The notes below the pieces were generated by a model. That model made no database searches. It was not told where the DNA came from and saw nothing but the letters and a program-made list of their open reading frames with translations. The position numbers and the translations under genes were made by a program. A DNA stretch of 64,000 nt, taken from assembly GCA_963682135.1 (NCBI GenBank), contig OY821645.1, positions 640,001 to 704,000 on the forward strand, read 5' to 3'. This document shows positions 18,998-28,842 of this stretch, one piece after another. Positions within the stretch are counted from its first letter, which is position 1; each line of letters opens with the position of its first letter. This DNA comes from Methanothrix sp. GTDB lineage: Archaea > Halobacteriota > Methanosarcinia > Methanotrichales > Methanotrichaceae.

Positions 18998-20707
18998 CTA
19001 ATGCTCGAAATGCATATGCAGCTCTGTCTTCCCTTCTTTTGTTGAAAAGCTTATCTTATCCACATACCTGCTCATGGTAAACGCGGCGAGAGCCAGCGCG
19101 CTTGCCTGCTCATCATGCATAAAATCTATGCTGGGCATGGCGGTAGGAATATCGAAGGGCTTGCCCTCATAGACTGCCCGAACGTCCAGGTTGAACTCAT
19201 CAAACGAAGCGCTCAGGGCGATCTTTTTTTCAGATAGACCCAGGAAGGGTGCCGCATCCAGAAGCTCGTTCATGGCAGAGATGGCATTGAAGATTACCTC
19301 TCTTCGAGCACCCCAAATGCCGCCCTGTTTTTCCATGACCTGAAATATCTTTTCCGAGGTATCCGTAGCCGGATCGATCTCAAACTCCATCTTCCGGCTG
19401 ATGCCCATGCGGAAGAAGACGTTGAGCACCACGGCGCAGATGGTTGCCAGCGCCAGAGACGATGATAAGAGGGGCCGCAGCATAGGATCCAATCCGGCAT
19501 ATAGTCCGGGCACGGCATCAAAAGAGAGCCCGAATATGATGGAGAGCCCTACCACGAAGGTCTTTCTGGAATCGATCATTCGTGACATGATGATCTGAAT
19601 GCCTGCCATGATCATGAAGCAGACCGTAAAGATCAGAGAGGCTCCCATTACCGGTGTGGGCATGATCACGAAGATGGCTGCCAATTTGGGAAAGAAAGCC
19701 ATCAATATGAGAATGCCGCCTGCGGCATAACCGATGCGCCGGCTCGTCGCGCCGGTGGCGATGGATAGACCAATATTGCTGGAAGAGACCGACTGGCCCA
19801 GAGCCCCCAGGAGCCCGGAGGCTATGTTTCCTGCTCCGCAGGCCAGCATGCCACGACTTATGGACCGCATCTCTATTCTCTTCCAATCGGCATCGTTGAT
19901 CTTCTGGCAGGTGGTGAGGTCGCCCATGGTCTTGAGGGCAGAAGATAAGGCTGCCACCAGAAAGGGCACAAGCATGGCAGTGCTAAACGACATTCCGAAT
20001 TTGCCGATCTCAGGAAGCTGGAAAGATGCAGAGTCGACTATCAGCCTGACCTGGTCCATGGTCAAGATGCCTGTGGCAAAGGAGATTGCGTAGCCTGCAG
20101 CCATGCCGATCAAAAGAGAGTAGAGCCGCATCTTGCCTTTGCCCCAGACATTAAATCCGGCAGTGACTGCCAGAGTGATCAAAGCCACAAGAAAAGGCAG
20201 AGCTTGAACTGAGGGATGCAGACTATCCACCCCAAAGAACTTGGGAACGGCGATGGGTATCACCTCCACACCCACCATGAGCACTACAGTTCCCGTCACC
20301 TCCGGCGGGAAGAACTTGCGCATTCGGCCCACAACTTGAGAGAAAAGGCCCTCGAAGATACCGGCCAGGGCCGTCATGCCGAAGATGAGAGCCAGGCCAC
20401 CCGCCTTGCCTGCCAGGAGCGACGCCGGCACGAAAGCCGGACCGTTTAGCAGAGGGCAGAGATAACCGGAGCCGACCGGCCCTTTATTCAATGCCTGCAA
20501 AGCAGTGGAAAAGCCGGTGGCCAGCATGGCCATGCAGATGAGGTTTTGCGCATCTTCGGGCGAAGCACCGATCTCATTTATTATCACTACTGGGAAGATG
20601 AAGGCAATGGAAAGAATGAAGATATGCTGAAATCCCAGGATCAGCGTAGTGGCAAGAGGCGGCTCATCGTCAACGCCATAGATGAGATTGGTGGGTTTTC
20701 TGGCCAT
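18998..20707 (-). CDS. NCS2 (xanthine/uracil) permease with C-terminal degenerate RsbW/HATPase-like domain
   Basis: LGFQH, FPPEVTG, SSSNIG...TGATSR signature, FFPKL; extra ~135-aa soluble tail. Confidence 0.88.
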   Translation of the reverse strand: MARKPTNLIYGVDDEPPLATTLILGFQHIFILSIAFIFPVVIINEIGASPEDAQNLICMAMLATGFSTALQALNKGPVGSGYLCPLLNGPAFVPASLLAGKAGGLALIFGMTALAGIFEGLFSQVVGRMRKFFPPEVTGTVVLMVGVEVIPIAVPKFFGVDSLHPSVQALPFLVALITLAVTAGFNVWGKGKMRLYSLLIGMAAGYAISFATGILTMDQVRLIVDSASFQLPEIGKFGMSFSTAMLVPFLVAALSSALKTMGDLTTCQKINDADWKRIEMRSISRGMLACGAGNIASGLLGALGQSVSSSNIGLSIATGATSRRIGYAAGGILILMAFFPKLAAIFVIMPTPVMGASLIFTVCFMIMAGIQIIMSRMIDSRKTFVVGLSIIFGLSFDAVPGLYAGLDPMLRPLLSSSLALATICAVVLNVFFRMGISRKMEFEIDPATDTSEKIFQVMEKQGGIWGARREVIFNAISAMNELLDAAPFLGLSEKKIALSASFDEFNLDVRAVYEGKPFDIPTAMPSIDFMHDEQASALALAAFTMSRYVDKISFSTKEGKTELHMHFEH

Positions 20708-20814
20708 CTTGGATCTCCATGCCCTCAAATATTTCATTCAAATTGATTTGCTGGTTCAGGCTGATTTGCATTTCAAATATTTCAATCTAATGTCTGATTC
20801 AATTTACGGTCGGA

Positions 20815-22185
20815 TCACCTTTCCACTTTGATAACAATGGCGGTAATATCGTCCGACTGCTCCATACCTACGGTAAACTGCCCCAGGTCACGCAAAACGC
20901 TATCCAGTATCTCTTGGGCAGAGAGATTTGAGGCAGCAGCCAGGGCGGATCTGAGACGATTCTCGCCGAAGAATTCCTCCTTGTCGTTCATGGCCTCCAC
21001 TATGCCATCTGTGTATGAAAGCAAAACATCACCCGGTTCAAGCGCCACCTGTCGCTGCTCGTAGTCCATATCTGCCATCATTCCCAGAGCTGCGCCGGTC
21101 ACATCCATCCTCTCCATACTACTTGATTTGGCTCGGAAGAGCAGAGGTGGATTGTGGCCGGCATTGGCGTAAACCAGGCTATGGTCTTTCTGGCTCAGCC
21201 TGGCCAGGAAAAGAGTAACGAACATACCCGAAGTCGTAGAACCGGAATCATCCACGATCATATTGTTGGCGCACTTCAGCCGTTCGAATCCCCCTCTTTG
21301 AGGCGCAGAGCAAGCTCGCACAATTATTCGGGAGAGGGCCATGAACAATGCAGCAGGAACTCCCTTTCCGGACACATCTGCGATCACAAACTGCAAATTG
21401 TCGTCCTGCTCGATGAAGTCGTAAAAGTCTCCGCCCACCTCTCTGGCGGGAATAGCAGTAGCTGCTATATCAAACCCTTTCAGAGAAGGAATCTTGCCGG
21501 GAAGAAAGCTCTTCTGAATATCTGCGGCTACCACCATCTCTGCCTGTTTTATCTGCAGCTGCAACTGGTAGCTGTCTCTTTCCTTCATCGTCTCTCTTTC
21601 CCGGATGACATTGGCTATGATGAATGCGAATATGAGCATGCCTGCTCCATTGGCAAGAATCATGGGTACGGATGCCTGCTCTACCACATGCAGAGCAAGA
21701 TCAAAGGGACGGGAGATGGCAATAGTCATCAGCATATGAAATAGCTCGAAGAGGACGGCAAAGGCGGCAGAGAAGACGACACCGGGAAATCTGCCTTTAT
21801 GCAGATAAACCAGGCCCCCAAAGAGACCTGCCAGAGTTACTATTATGCTACAGGCCAGAGCCGTGAAGCCGCCTTCAGAAAAGCGGAAAGCTGCGCCGAT
21901 AAGCCCGGCGCCCAGTCCCACCACCGGCCCGCAGGCGAGACCTGCCACAAGCGGCCCCAGATCACGGACGTTGATGATGGCCCCGAGCACATTAATGCCG
22001 ATTGCCGAGCCGTAAATCGAGACCAGTCCGAAGAAGAGAACAAGAAGTAGCTGGCTCTTCTTTGTTGGCCGCCCTTCAATAATCTCGGTGAATTGTCGGC
22101 TGCGTGAGATCAAGAGAGCAGCGACTACGATAACGCTTACCGCCTGGAGCAATACCAGGGAATCGCTGATTAGTAAATTGGCCAT
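20815..22185 (-). CDS. 5TM-5TMR_LYT membrane sensor fused to SpoIIE/RsbU PP2C phosphatase
   Basis: GAIINVRD...GPVVGLGAGLIG; VGGDFYD, ADVSGKG, NAGH, YTDG, DDIT. Confidence 0.92.
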   Translation of the reverse strand: MANLLISDSLVLLQAVSVIVVAALLISRSRQFTEIIEGRPTKKSQLLLVLFFGLVSIYGSAIGINVLGAIINVRDLGPLVAGLACGPVVGLGAGLIGAAFRFSEGGFTALACSIIVTLAGLFGGLVYLHKGRFPGVVFSAAFAVLFELFHMLMTIAISRPFDLALHVVEQASVPMILANGAGMLIFAFIIANVIRERETMKERDSYQLQLQIKQAEMVVAADIQKSFLPGKIPSLKGFDIAATAIPAREVGGDFYDFIEQDDNLQFVIADVSGKGVPAALFMALSRIIVRACSAPQRGGFERLKCANNMIVDDSGSTTSGMFVTLFLARLSQKDHSLVYANAGHNPPLLFRAKSSSMERMDVTGAALGMMADMDYEQRQVALEPGDVLLSYTDGIVEAMNDKEEFFGENRLRSALAAASNLSAQEILDSVLRDLGQFTVGMEQSDDITAIVIKVER

Positions 22186-22220
22186 GTGAATTATCAGCTA
22201 TATGTGAATATCAGCGATAT

Positions 22221-22568
22221 TCACGTTTGAAGACTCTTGATCGCTTCATCCTGACTGGGATAGATGGAAAAAAATCTATTGGCCCCGGTCAAAAAGAAGA
22301 CATCTTTGACAAAAGGCTGCAAAGCCGCTAGGAGCAGATCTCCGTCCTTGTGTTTGAGCTTGTTAAGCGATGCCATGAGCACCCGCAGGCCAGAGCTGCT
22401 GAGAAACTCCACCTTTTCCATGTCAATCACCAAAAACCTCTTGTTCTTATCTATTAGTCCTGTTATTGCAGTCTCCAGGTCCTTGGAAGTCACTGCATCG
22501 ATTTTACCGGATACGAAGAGGACCGGAATATCCTTGATAAGACTATGGATGATCTCCATTTTGCTCAT
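22221..22568 (-). CDS. STAS-domain anti-anti-sigma (RsbV/SpoIIAA-like) protein
   Basis: GKID...DMEKVEFLSSSGLRVL with the phosphorylatable Ser. Confidence 0.92.
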   Translation of the reverse strand: MSKMEIIHSLIKDIPVLFVSGKIDAVTSKDLETAITGLIDKNKRFLVIDMEKVEFLSSSGLRVLMASLNKLKHKDGDLLLAALQPFVKDVFFLTGANRFFSIYPSQDEAIKSLQT

Positions 22569-22772
22569 GACAATGATCCAGGGACTTCAAACTTATATTC
22601 CTTATGCGAGATTACCCTCGCGATAGAATACCCTGGTGAAAAGAAGGCATCCTAAGCAAGGAGGAAGGGCAGCACTTTGCGAGTGACGCCTAAGTCCGAG
22701 CTACACCAAAAAAGATAATACCATCAAGTCTAAAAAGGAGAATGTGGAGGAATCTCATCGATAAATGCTTCT

Positions 22773-23528
22773 TTGCAGGGTGTAATCGATTCGCATTGCC
22801 ACCTTGACTTTAAGCAGTTCAATAAAGACCGCGAAGCAGTACTAGATAATGCCCGGAAATCAGGCGTAGTCCACATGATCAACTCAGGAGTGGACTATTC
22901 CACCAATGCCAAGTCCCTGGAGCTGGCCAAAAAGTACGATTTCATCTCCGCTACGTTGGGGCTTTCCCCTAACACTTTGCAGAGCATAAGAGAGCCTGAA
23001 CTGGAGATGCTTTTTAAGCAGATTGAAGACAACGCCGGCCAGGCAGTGGGCATAGGCGAGGCAGGATTAGATTACTATCACTGCAAAGATGCTCCCAGCA
23101 GGCAGAGCCAGGCGAAGGTCTTTAGCAGGGTCATAGAGATGGCCAAATCCCTCGATTTGCCTTTGGTCATTCATTCCCGTGATGCCGAGCAGCCAGCTCT
23201 CGAGATGGTAAAGCACCTGGAAAAGGTCGTCTTCCACTGCTTCAGCGGCTCAATCGCAACCATGAAAGAGGCCATTGATCAGGGATTTTACATTTCTCTG
23301 GCGACGAATACCTGTCGATCCGGACATCATCAAATCCTGGCTAGAAATGTATCACTGGACCGACTGCTGGTGGAGACCGACAGCCCCTTCCTCTCACCTC
23401 GGGGCGGCAGAAATGAACCATCGCTTGTCTTAGACAGCGTCCGCCTCATTGCCAGGATTAGAGGTTTGGAGCCTCAAGAGATCGCCCGGATAACTGCGGA
23501 AAATACCAAACGAATTTATAACATCTGA
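22773..23528 (+). CDS. tatD: TatD family hydrolase
   Basis: DSHCHLD, GEAGLDY, HSR, HCFSG, ETDSP. Confidence 0.93.
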   Translation: MQGVIDSHCHLDFKQFNKDREAVLDNARKSGVVHMINSGVDYSTNAKSLELAKKYDFISATLGLSPNTLQSIREPELEMLFKQIEDNAGQAVGIGEAGLDYYHCKDAPSRQSQAKVFSRVIEMAKSLDLPLVIHSRDAEQPALEMVKHLEKVVFHCFSGSIATMKEAIDQGFYISLATNTCRSGHHQILARNVSLDRLLVETDSPFLSPRGGRNEPSLVLDSVRLIARIRGLEPQEIARITAENTKRIYNI

Positions 23529-23553
23529 TAAAATATATCAAGAAAGGATCAAC

Positions 23554-24048
23554 ATGAATCGGATACCAATACAGTTCGAGCATATCATGAGTTACCTGGG
23601 TTCCAAGAAGGAGAAGGGGAGAAAGAAGATCGGACTGCTCGTGGATGGTCCCAATATGCTCAGAAAGGAGTTTCAGATGGATCTGGAGGAGATTCGAGAC
23701 ATCCTCAAGGATTATGGCGATATCAAGATGGGTAAGGTTTTCTTAAATCAGTACGCCTCGGAAAAACTGGTAGAAGCTGTGGAAAATCAGGGCTTTGATC
23801 CGGTAATCTGCACCAGCGATGTGGATGTGAGAATGGCGGTTGAGGGTGTGGATATGATCTATAATCCCGTTATCGATACCCTGGCCCTTGTGACCCGGGA
23901 CGCCGATTTAAAGCCGGTGCTCATGAAAGCAATGGAGCACGGCAAAGAGACTATCATCTTTGGAGCGGAACCGGGTTTTTCAGTGGCTCTGCGAAACTCC
24001 GCGGATTATGTTATAGTTCTGCGAAACGGCCAGTATGTACCGGAATAA
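23554..24048 (+). CDS. NYN-domain protein (TIGR00288-like)
   Basis: LVDGPN, DVDV, TRDAD. Confidence 0.88.
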   Translation: MNRIPIQFEHIMSYLGSKKEKGRKKIGLLVDGPNMLRKEFQMDLEEIRDILKDYGDIKMGKVFLNQYASEKLVEAVENQGFDPVICTSDVDVRMAVEGVDMIYNPVIDTLALVTRDADLKPVLMKAMEHGKETIIFGAEPGFSVALRNSADYVIVLRNGQYVPE

Positions 24049-24116
24049 GCGCTGTCCGAAGGTTATAGTCCCAAGGATATACGCGTTGCCGGCTACGATG
24101 CCAAGAGGGAGCTAAA

Positions 24117-24779
24117 TTGAAACCAATTCAGACTGTGATGGGTAGAAGAGTGGACTATAGACGCAGGGATGAATGGGGCGAGCCGATACCAGTCAGCGGC
24201 TGGCGTAGCTACATTCCTCCCGGGCTGCCTGTGACCTATTCGGGCCTAATATTATTGGCATGCATAGTAGTATTCCTTGTCAATCTCGTTATTCCTGACT
24301 TCGTGGAAGATTACTTGGTTCTAAACTTGGGATATGTAATGCAAAGGCCCTGGACGCTTATTACGTATATGTTCGTGCATGCCGACTTTAACCACATATT
24401 CTGGAATATGGTAGTCCTTTTTTTCTTTGGCATGGAGCTGGAGCGGCGTGTGGGTGAGAACAAATTCCTGCAGATCTACATCTTCTCCGGGATCGTAGCA
24501 GCACTGGGCCAGATGATGATATCAGGGGGCTCCTTAATGGGGGCGAGCGGAGCGCTCTATGGTGTGATGGGCTGTCTAGCGATAATTGCTCCCGAGATTC
24601 GCATATTGCTCTTCTTCGTTATACCGATGAGCATTCGTGGCGCAGTCGTACTATACGCACTATTTGATTTCCTGACATTAGGTTCGGCAGACAATATAGC
24701 TCATATGGCTCATATCGTGGGGCTGCTGGTCGGGCTGGCCTACGGGCAGGCGATGAGTAGAATGCCGAGATACTACTAA
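24117..24779 (+). CDS. Rhomboid intramembrane serine protease
   Basis: HIFWNM, GASG, AHMAHIVG; start uncertain. Confidence 0.92.
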   Translation: MKPIQTVMGRRVDYRRRDEWGEPIPVSGWRSYIPPGLPVTYSGLILLACIVVFLVNLVIPDFVEDYLVLNLGYVMQRPWTLITYMFVHADFNHIFWNMVVLFFFGMELERRVGENKFLQIYIFSGIVAALGQMMISGGSLMGASGALYGVMGCLAIIAPEIRILLFFVIPMSIRGAVVLYALFDFLTLGSADNIAHMAHIVGLLVGLAYGQAMSRMPRYY

Positions 24780-25062
24780 TAAGAGAGCCAAACAATCGAA
24801 AAAAGCATTGATGCATAATTAATATTATCTACAGAAATGTTTCCCTGGGTGAGACAAAATTTATCCTATTTACATCAATTAGCAAATTTGATTAATTAAT
24901 TGTTGTGCATAGTATTGCAGGGAGTTAAAGCTTTATAGCTCAGTGCACGATTATATTAAATTAATTTCCTATGCAATGGACTAACCTTCATTTGGACCAA
25001 TCTTTTTATACTTCAAGATACGTAGTAAAAATGGGAATGTAGCAAGAAGGCGATGCAAGAAG

Positions 25063-26670
25063 ATGATGTCTATAGCAAAGGGATCGGTCGGAACAATTGT
25101 TGGTGAGACCAATCCATTAGCATTCAAGTTCATTATAAACAAAGAGGTGGGTCGAGGCACCTACATCAAGGCTAAAGCTGACGGAAGGGAATGGGCCCTC
25201 GCCCAGGTGGAGGACATCAAACGATCAAACATCGCCTACAGTGTAAACCAGCTCAATGATGCAGCCCGCAATTATGATTCAAAAGAGATGATGATAGCTG
25301 AAGCCAGGGTTATCGGTGTGACAAGCAATGGCAAACTGCGTCTTCCCACCAGCCCTGCCCGGCCGGGAGATCCGGTATTCATAGCAGACGAAAAACTTAT
25401 CAAGGCAACCCTGGGCCTGGCCAAGGGAGATATGTACATAGGCATGTTGCGAGGTTATGATATCCGGGTGGAGCTGGATGCCAATACCCTTGTACAAAAG
25501 CATTGCAGCGTGCTGGCCAAGACAGGCTCAGGAAAATCCTATACAGCGGCCGTGATTTTGGAGGAGCTTCTGGAAAGGAAAGTGGCTCTGCTCATCATAG
25601 ATCCTCATGGCGAGTACGCCTCCATGAAGGAGCCCAATAAAGTGGGCGACTTCTCCAAATATAAGGTCAAGCCGCGAGGCTATGACGCAACCATCTACAC
25701 TCCGGGCGAGATGGCCATGAATCCCAGAGCCGACCGGCCTTTTCGCTTTAACGGAATGAACATGTCTGCCCGGGAAGTCTCGAAGATGATTCCCCACGAG
25801 AGCAGCAGCAGCGGCCAGTTGGGATTGCTCTACGAGGCAGTCAGTGCCCTGCGGGCGGAGACTGATGTCTACACCCTGGAAGACATCATAGAGCAGGTAG
25901 TACGAAGTAATTCCAAGACAAAGTGGAATTTAGTGGGCCAGCTTGAGTCACTTCTGGAGCTGGGACTCTTCTCGGGAGCGGAGACACCAGTTGAAGAGCT
26001 TCTGCGGCCCGGCAAGGCAGCAGTTATCGATATGACCGGCATCCTCCCCGAACTGCAGGCCATGATCGTATCTCGACTCTTAACAGATGTCTTTGAAGCC
26101 AGAAAGCGCAGGCTTGTCTCACCGGGAATGGTAGTGGTAGAGGAAGCCCATAACTACATTCCGGAACGGGGCAGCGGAAACGCCGCTTCCACCAGCATTG
26201 TGCGCACCATTGCCGCGGAGGGCAGAAAATTTGGCATGGGGCTGATGGTCATCAGCCAGAGGCCGGCCCGTGTGGACAAGAACGTCATTTCTCAGTGCAA
26301 CACACAGATCATTATGAGAGTCACCAATCCCAATGACCTCAAAGCTCTCTCTAAAGGCCTGGAGGGAATGACAGGCGATCTGGAAGAGGAGATCAAGAGG
26401 CTGCCGGCGGGGGTGGCCATGCTGGTGAGCAATGAGATCGAACGGCCTATCACAGTTGATGTCCGGCCCAGGAAATCCAGACACGGGGGAGTGAGCACTC
26501 AGATAGTGATCAAAGAGAAAGCGTCCGCTGCCGGATCGCGTGCTTCTCGAAGCGCGGATAAAAGATCAGGCACTCCACCGACTTCACCAGGGGGAGCCAA
26601 GGCGAGCAGGCCCAGGGAGAAGAAAGCAAGCGGCCTCCTAAAGAAGGTTTTTGGGGCGAGAAAAGCATGA
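25063..26670 (+). CDS. HerA-like ATPase (HAS barrel + DUF87)
   Basis: AKTGSGKS, IDPHGEY, EEAHNY, EGRKFG, SQRP. Confidence 0.92.
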   Translation: MMSIAKGSVGTIVGETNPLAFKFIINKEVGRGTYIKAKADGREWALAQVEDIKRSNIAYSVNQLNDAARNYDSKEMMIAEARVIGVTSNGKLRLPTSPARPGDPVFIADEKLIKATLGLAKGDMYIGMLRGYDIRVELDANTLVQKHCSVLAKTGSGKSYTAAVILEELLERKVALLIIDPHGEYASMKEPNKVGDFSKYKVKPRGYDATIYTPGEMAMNPRADRPFRFNGMNMSAREVSKMIPHESSSSGQLGLLYEAVSALRAETDVYTLEDIIEQVVRSNSKTKWNLVGQLESLLELGLFSGAETPVEELLRPGKAAVIDMTGILPELQAMIVSRLLTDVFEARKRRLVSPGMVVVEEAHNYIPERGSGNAASTSIVRTIAAEGRKFGMGLMVISQRPARVDKNVISQCNTQIIMRVTNPNDLKALSKGLEGMTGDLEEEIKRLPAGVAMLVSNEIERPITVDVRPRKSRHGGVSTQIVIKEKASAAGSRASRSADKRSGTPPTSPGGAKASRPREKKASGLLKKVFGARKA

Positions 26671-27029
26671 TGAGCCGAAAATTCAGCGATCTAAAAGCGA
26701 GCGATCTGGCCAAGCTGCCGGCCTTAACCTATGATCACTCTTGTATTGGTGAAGAGAGAATTTATCTGCATCTTTTCAACAAAAAGAATATGCACTGGTA
26801 TCTGGCAGAGTATGGTTCCATCGGCAAAAAATTCTTCGGATTCTTTGAGAATAAATCGGACGGATTGACCTCAGGGCAATGCAGCGTCGAAGAGATCACC
26901 TATTGGGCGAAAAAGGGAGAAGCCTGGGAGCCAATGGTTGATGAAGACTGGAAGCCGGTGGCAGCCAAGGAGATTCCCATCCTGACTGAATATGTAAAAA
27001 TGATGATTTGCCAGCCGGATATAACATAA
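26667..27029 (+). CDS. Hypothetical protein, DUF2958-like, translationally coupled to the HerA-like gene
   Basis: ATGA overlap; HLF...WYLAEY...FFGF...G..SVEEI pattern. Confidence 0.6.
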   Translation: MMSRKFSDLKASDLAKLPALTYDHSCIGEERIYLHLFNKKNMHWYLAEYGSIGKKFFGFFENKSDGLTSGQCSVEEITYWAKKGEAWEPMVDEDWKPVAAKEIPILTEYVKMMICQPDIT

Positions 27030-27060
27030 GCCTTAAGACGTCAAAACGCATATTAATTCT

Positions 27061-27756
27061 GTGGCTATGAAATCCGGGAAATTTGAATTTATACTAGCCT
27101 TAGCGCTGGCAATTAATGCACTATTTGCCCTCAATGCCTGCGCTATCATAGATGGTGGCTCGGGACTATCCGCTGATCAGCTCATCGATGCCAGCAATGG
27201 CATCTATGTCTTTAATAACGGTATACCGGAAAATCCTCAGGTATCGAGAAAGCTGTGGAGCAAGGAGATGGGCACTAATTTCACCATTCCCGGCAAGCTA
27301 TCAGGAAACCAAACCAATCCAGTGGAGGTTCGAAGTTCTGTAAACACCGGCGAGGCACTTGCCTTTCAGACTGCAAGTACCGTGAGTTCAGGCCAGGCTA
27401 AAGCCGCATCATCGCCGGAGCCGACCGTCTTGCCGGCAGCAGGCGTGGCAGGAAACTGGTCCTTCCGACTTAGAGACAGCAAGAATCGATTTATGGCCAT
27501 CACGCTTTTCCAATCAGAGAACACAGTTCTCGGGACGGGCAACATAAATGATGGCGGCGATACCCTGAAGGTCCTGGCTTCAGGCTTAATTTCCGCAGAT
27601 AAGCTCCATCTGGATGTGATATCCTCCGGGATCGTTAACCTTTACCGACTCAGCCTCAATCTGAGCGGCAGTTCAGCTTCCGGTGAATACAAGGCGTTCT
27701 CAACCAAAGGCGAGACATGGATAGGAAGCGCGGAAGGTATGCTTGGCGCTAATTAA
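27061..27756 (+). CDS. Secreted protein with C-terminal beta-barrel-like domain (paralog of 55239 and 56439)
   Basis: Signal peptide; GNWSFRL...LFQS..V.GTG...ASG.IS..L.LDV...SGEY. Confidence 0.75.
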   Translation: MAMKSGKFEFILALALAINALFALNACAIIDGGSGLSADQLIDASNGIYVFNNGIPENPQVSRKLWSKEMGTNFTIPGKLSGNQTNPVEVRSSVNTGEALAFQTASTVSSGQAKAASSPEPTVLPAAGVAGNWSFRLRDSKNRFMAITLFQSENTVLGTGNINDGGDTLKVLASGLISADKLHLDVISSGIVNLYRLSLNLSGSSASGEYKAFSTKGETWIGSAEGMLGAN

Positions 27757-27933
27757 GAAAATGAGTAGAACCCGAGTGCTAAAAAATTGTGGACCGAGTC
27801 CTTTTTTCCCAGCGCAAAGTTTAATAGGTTTTACATATCAACTCACATATCTGATAATAGTAACCATCCGTGTTTACATGGTCCAGAATATGACCTGTAA
27901 TGTGACAAACGATAATTCCGGAGGAAACACCAA

Positions 27934-28782
27934 ATGATAAACAAATATGTATTTCCAGCCTTAATTGCGGTCCTGGTTTTGGCCTCATTTGCAGGATCTG
28001 CATCGGAGCCAAAAGAGATCACCGTATTTACTGCGGCGTCACTGACCGGCGCTTTTGGCGAGATCGGAGGGATTTACGAGAATGAAACCGGCATCCATGC
28101 AGTCTTCAACTTCGACGGCTCCCAGGCACTTCGTACCCAGATAGAGAATGGAGCTTATGCAGATGTCTTTGCCTCTGCCAACAAGAAGCAGATGAATGCC
28201 TTAAAAAATGGCGGACTGATGAATAACAGTAGCGTAGTAATATTCGCAAAGAACAAGATCTCGCTCATTGTTCCCAAGGATAATCCGGCTAAAATCAAGA
28301 GCCTCTCAGATCTGGCCAAGCCTGGCATAAAGATCGTCATGGGAACCAAGGATGTACCGGTGGGCGACTATGCCCTGCAGATCATAGATAAATTGGGCAA
28401 TGATTCCTCATACGGTCAGGACTATAAGACAAAGGTGCTCTCCAATGTCATTTCGCAGGAGACCACTGTCAACTACGTGGTTACCAAGGTAGCCCTGGGT
28501 GAGGCAGATGTGGGATTTGCATATGTTTCCGATGTCACCGAGGAGCTGGCCGGCAAGGTGGATAAGATCGAGATCCCGGATGAATACAATATCATCGCTG
28601 AGTACCCCATGGGATTATTGCAGGAATCCAAGTATCCGACTGATGGCATGGAGTTCATTAATCTGGTCATGTCGGATAAAGGCAAGACTGTCATGGAAAA
28701 ATACGGCTTTTCTCCCGTGGAAAGCAATCCTGCTAAATCCGAAGGGACCGCAACAGCTCCCGTAGCAGTAGCCGCAGCTTAA
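27934..28782 (+). CDS. modA: Molybdate ABC transporter substrate-binding protein
   Basis: AASLT, GSQALRTQIENGA, DVFASA, VPVGDYA. Confidence 0.93.
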   Translation: MINKYVFPALIAVLVLASFAGSASEPKEITVFTAASLTGAFGEIGGIYENETGIHAVFNFDGSQALRTQIENGAYADVFASANKKQMNALKNGGLMNNSSVVIFAKNKISLIVPKDNPAKIKSLSDLAKPGIKIVMGTKDVPVGDYALQIIDKLGNDSSYGQDYKTKVLSNVISQETTVNYVVTKVALGEADVGFAYVSDVTEELAGKVDKIEIPDEYNIIAEYPMGLLQESKYPTDGMEFINLVMSDKGKTVMEKYGFSPVESNPAKSEGTATAPVAVAAA

Positions 28783-28802
28783 GACGAACGAAATTAAAAG
28801 AA

Positions 28803-28842
28803 TGATCGAGTGATCGTGTAATCGAGTGACAGAGTGATCGAT
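28803..28842. repeat. 8-bp tandem repeat, five copies (TGATCGAG consensus)
   Basis: TGATCGAG TGATCGTG TAATCGAG TGACAGAG TGATCGAT between modA and modB. Confidence 0.7.
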
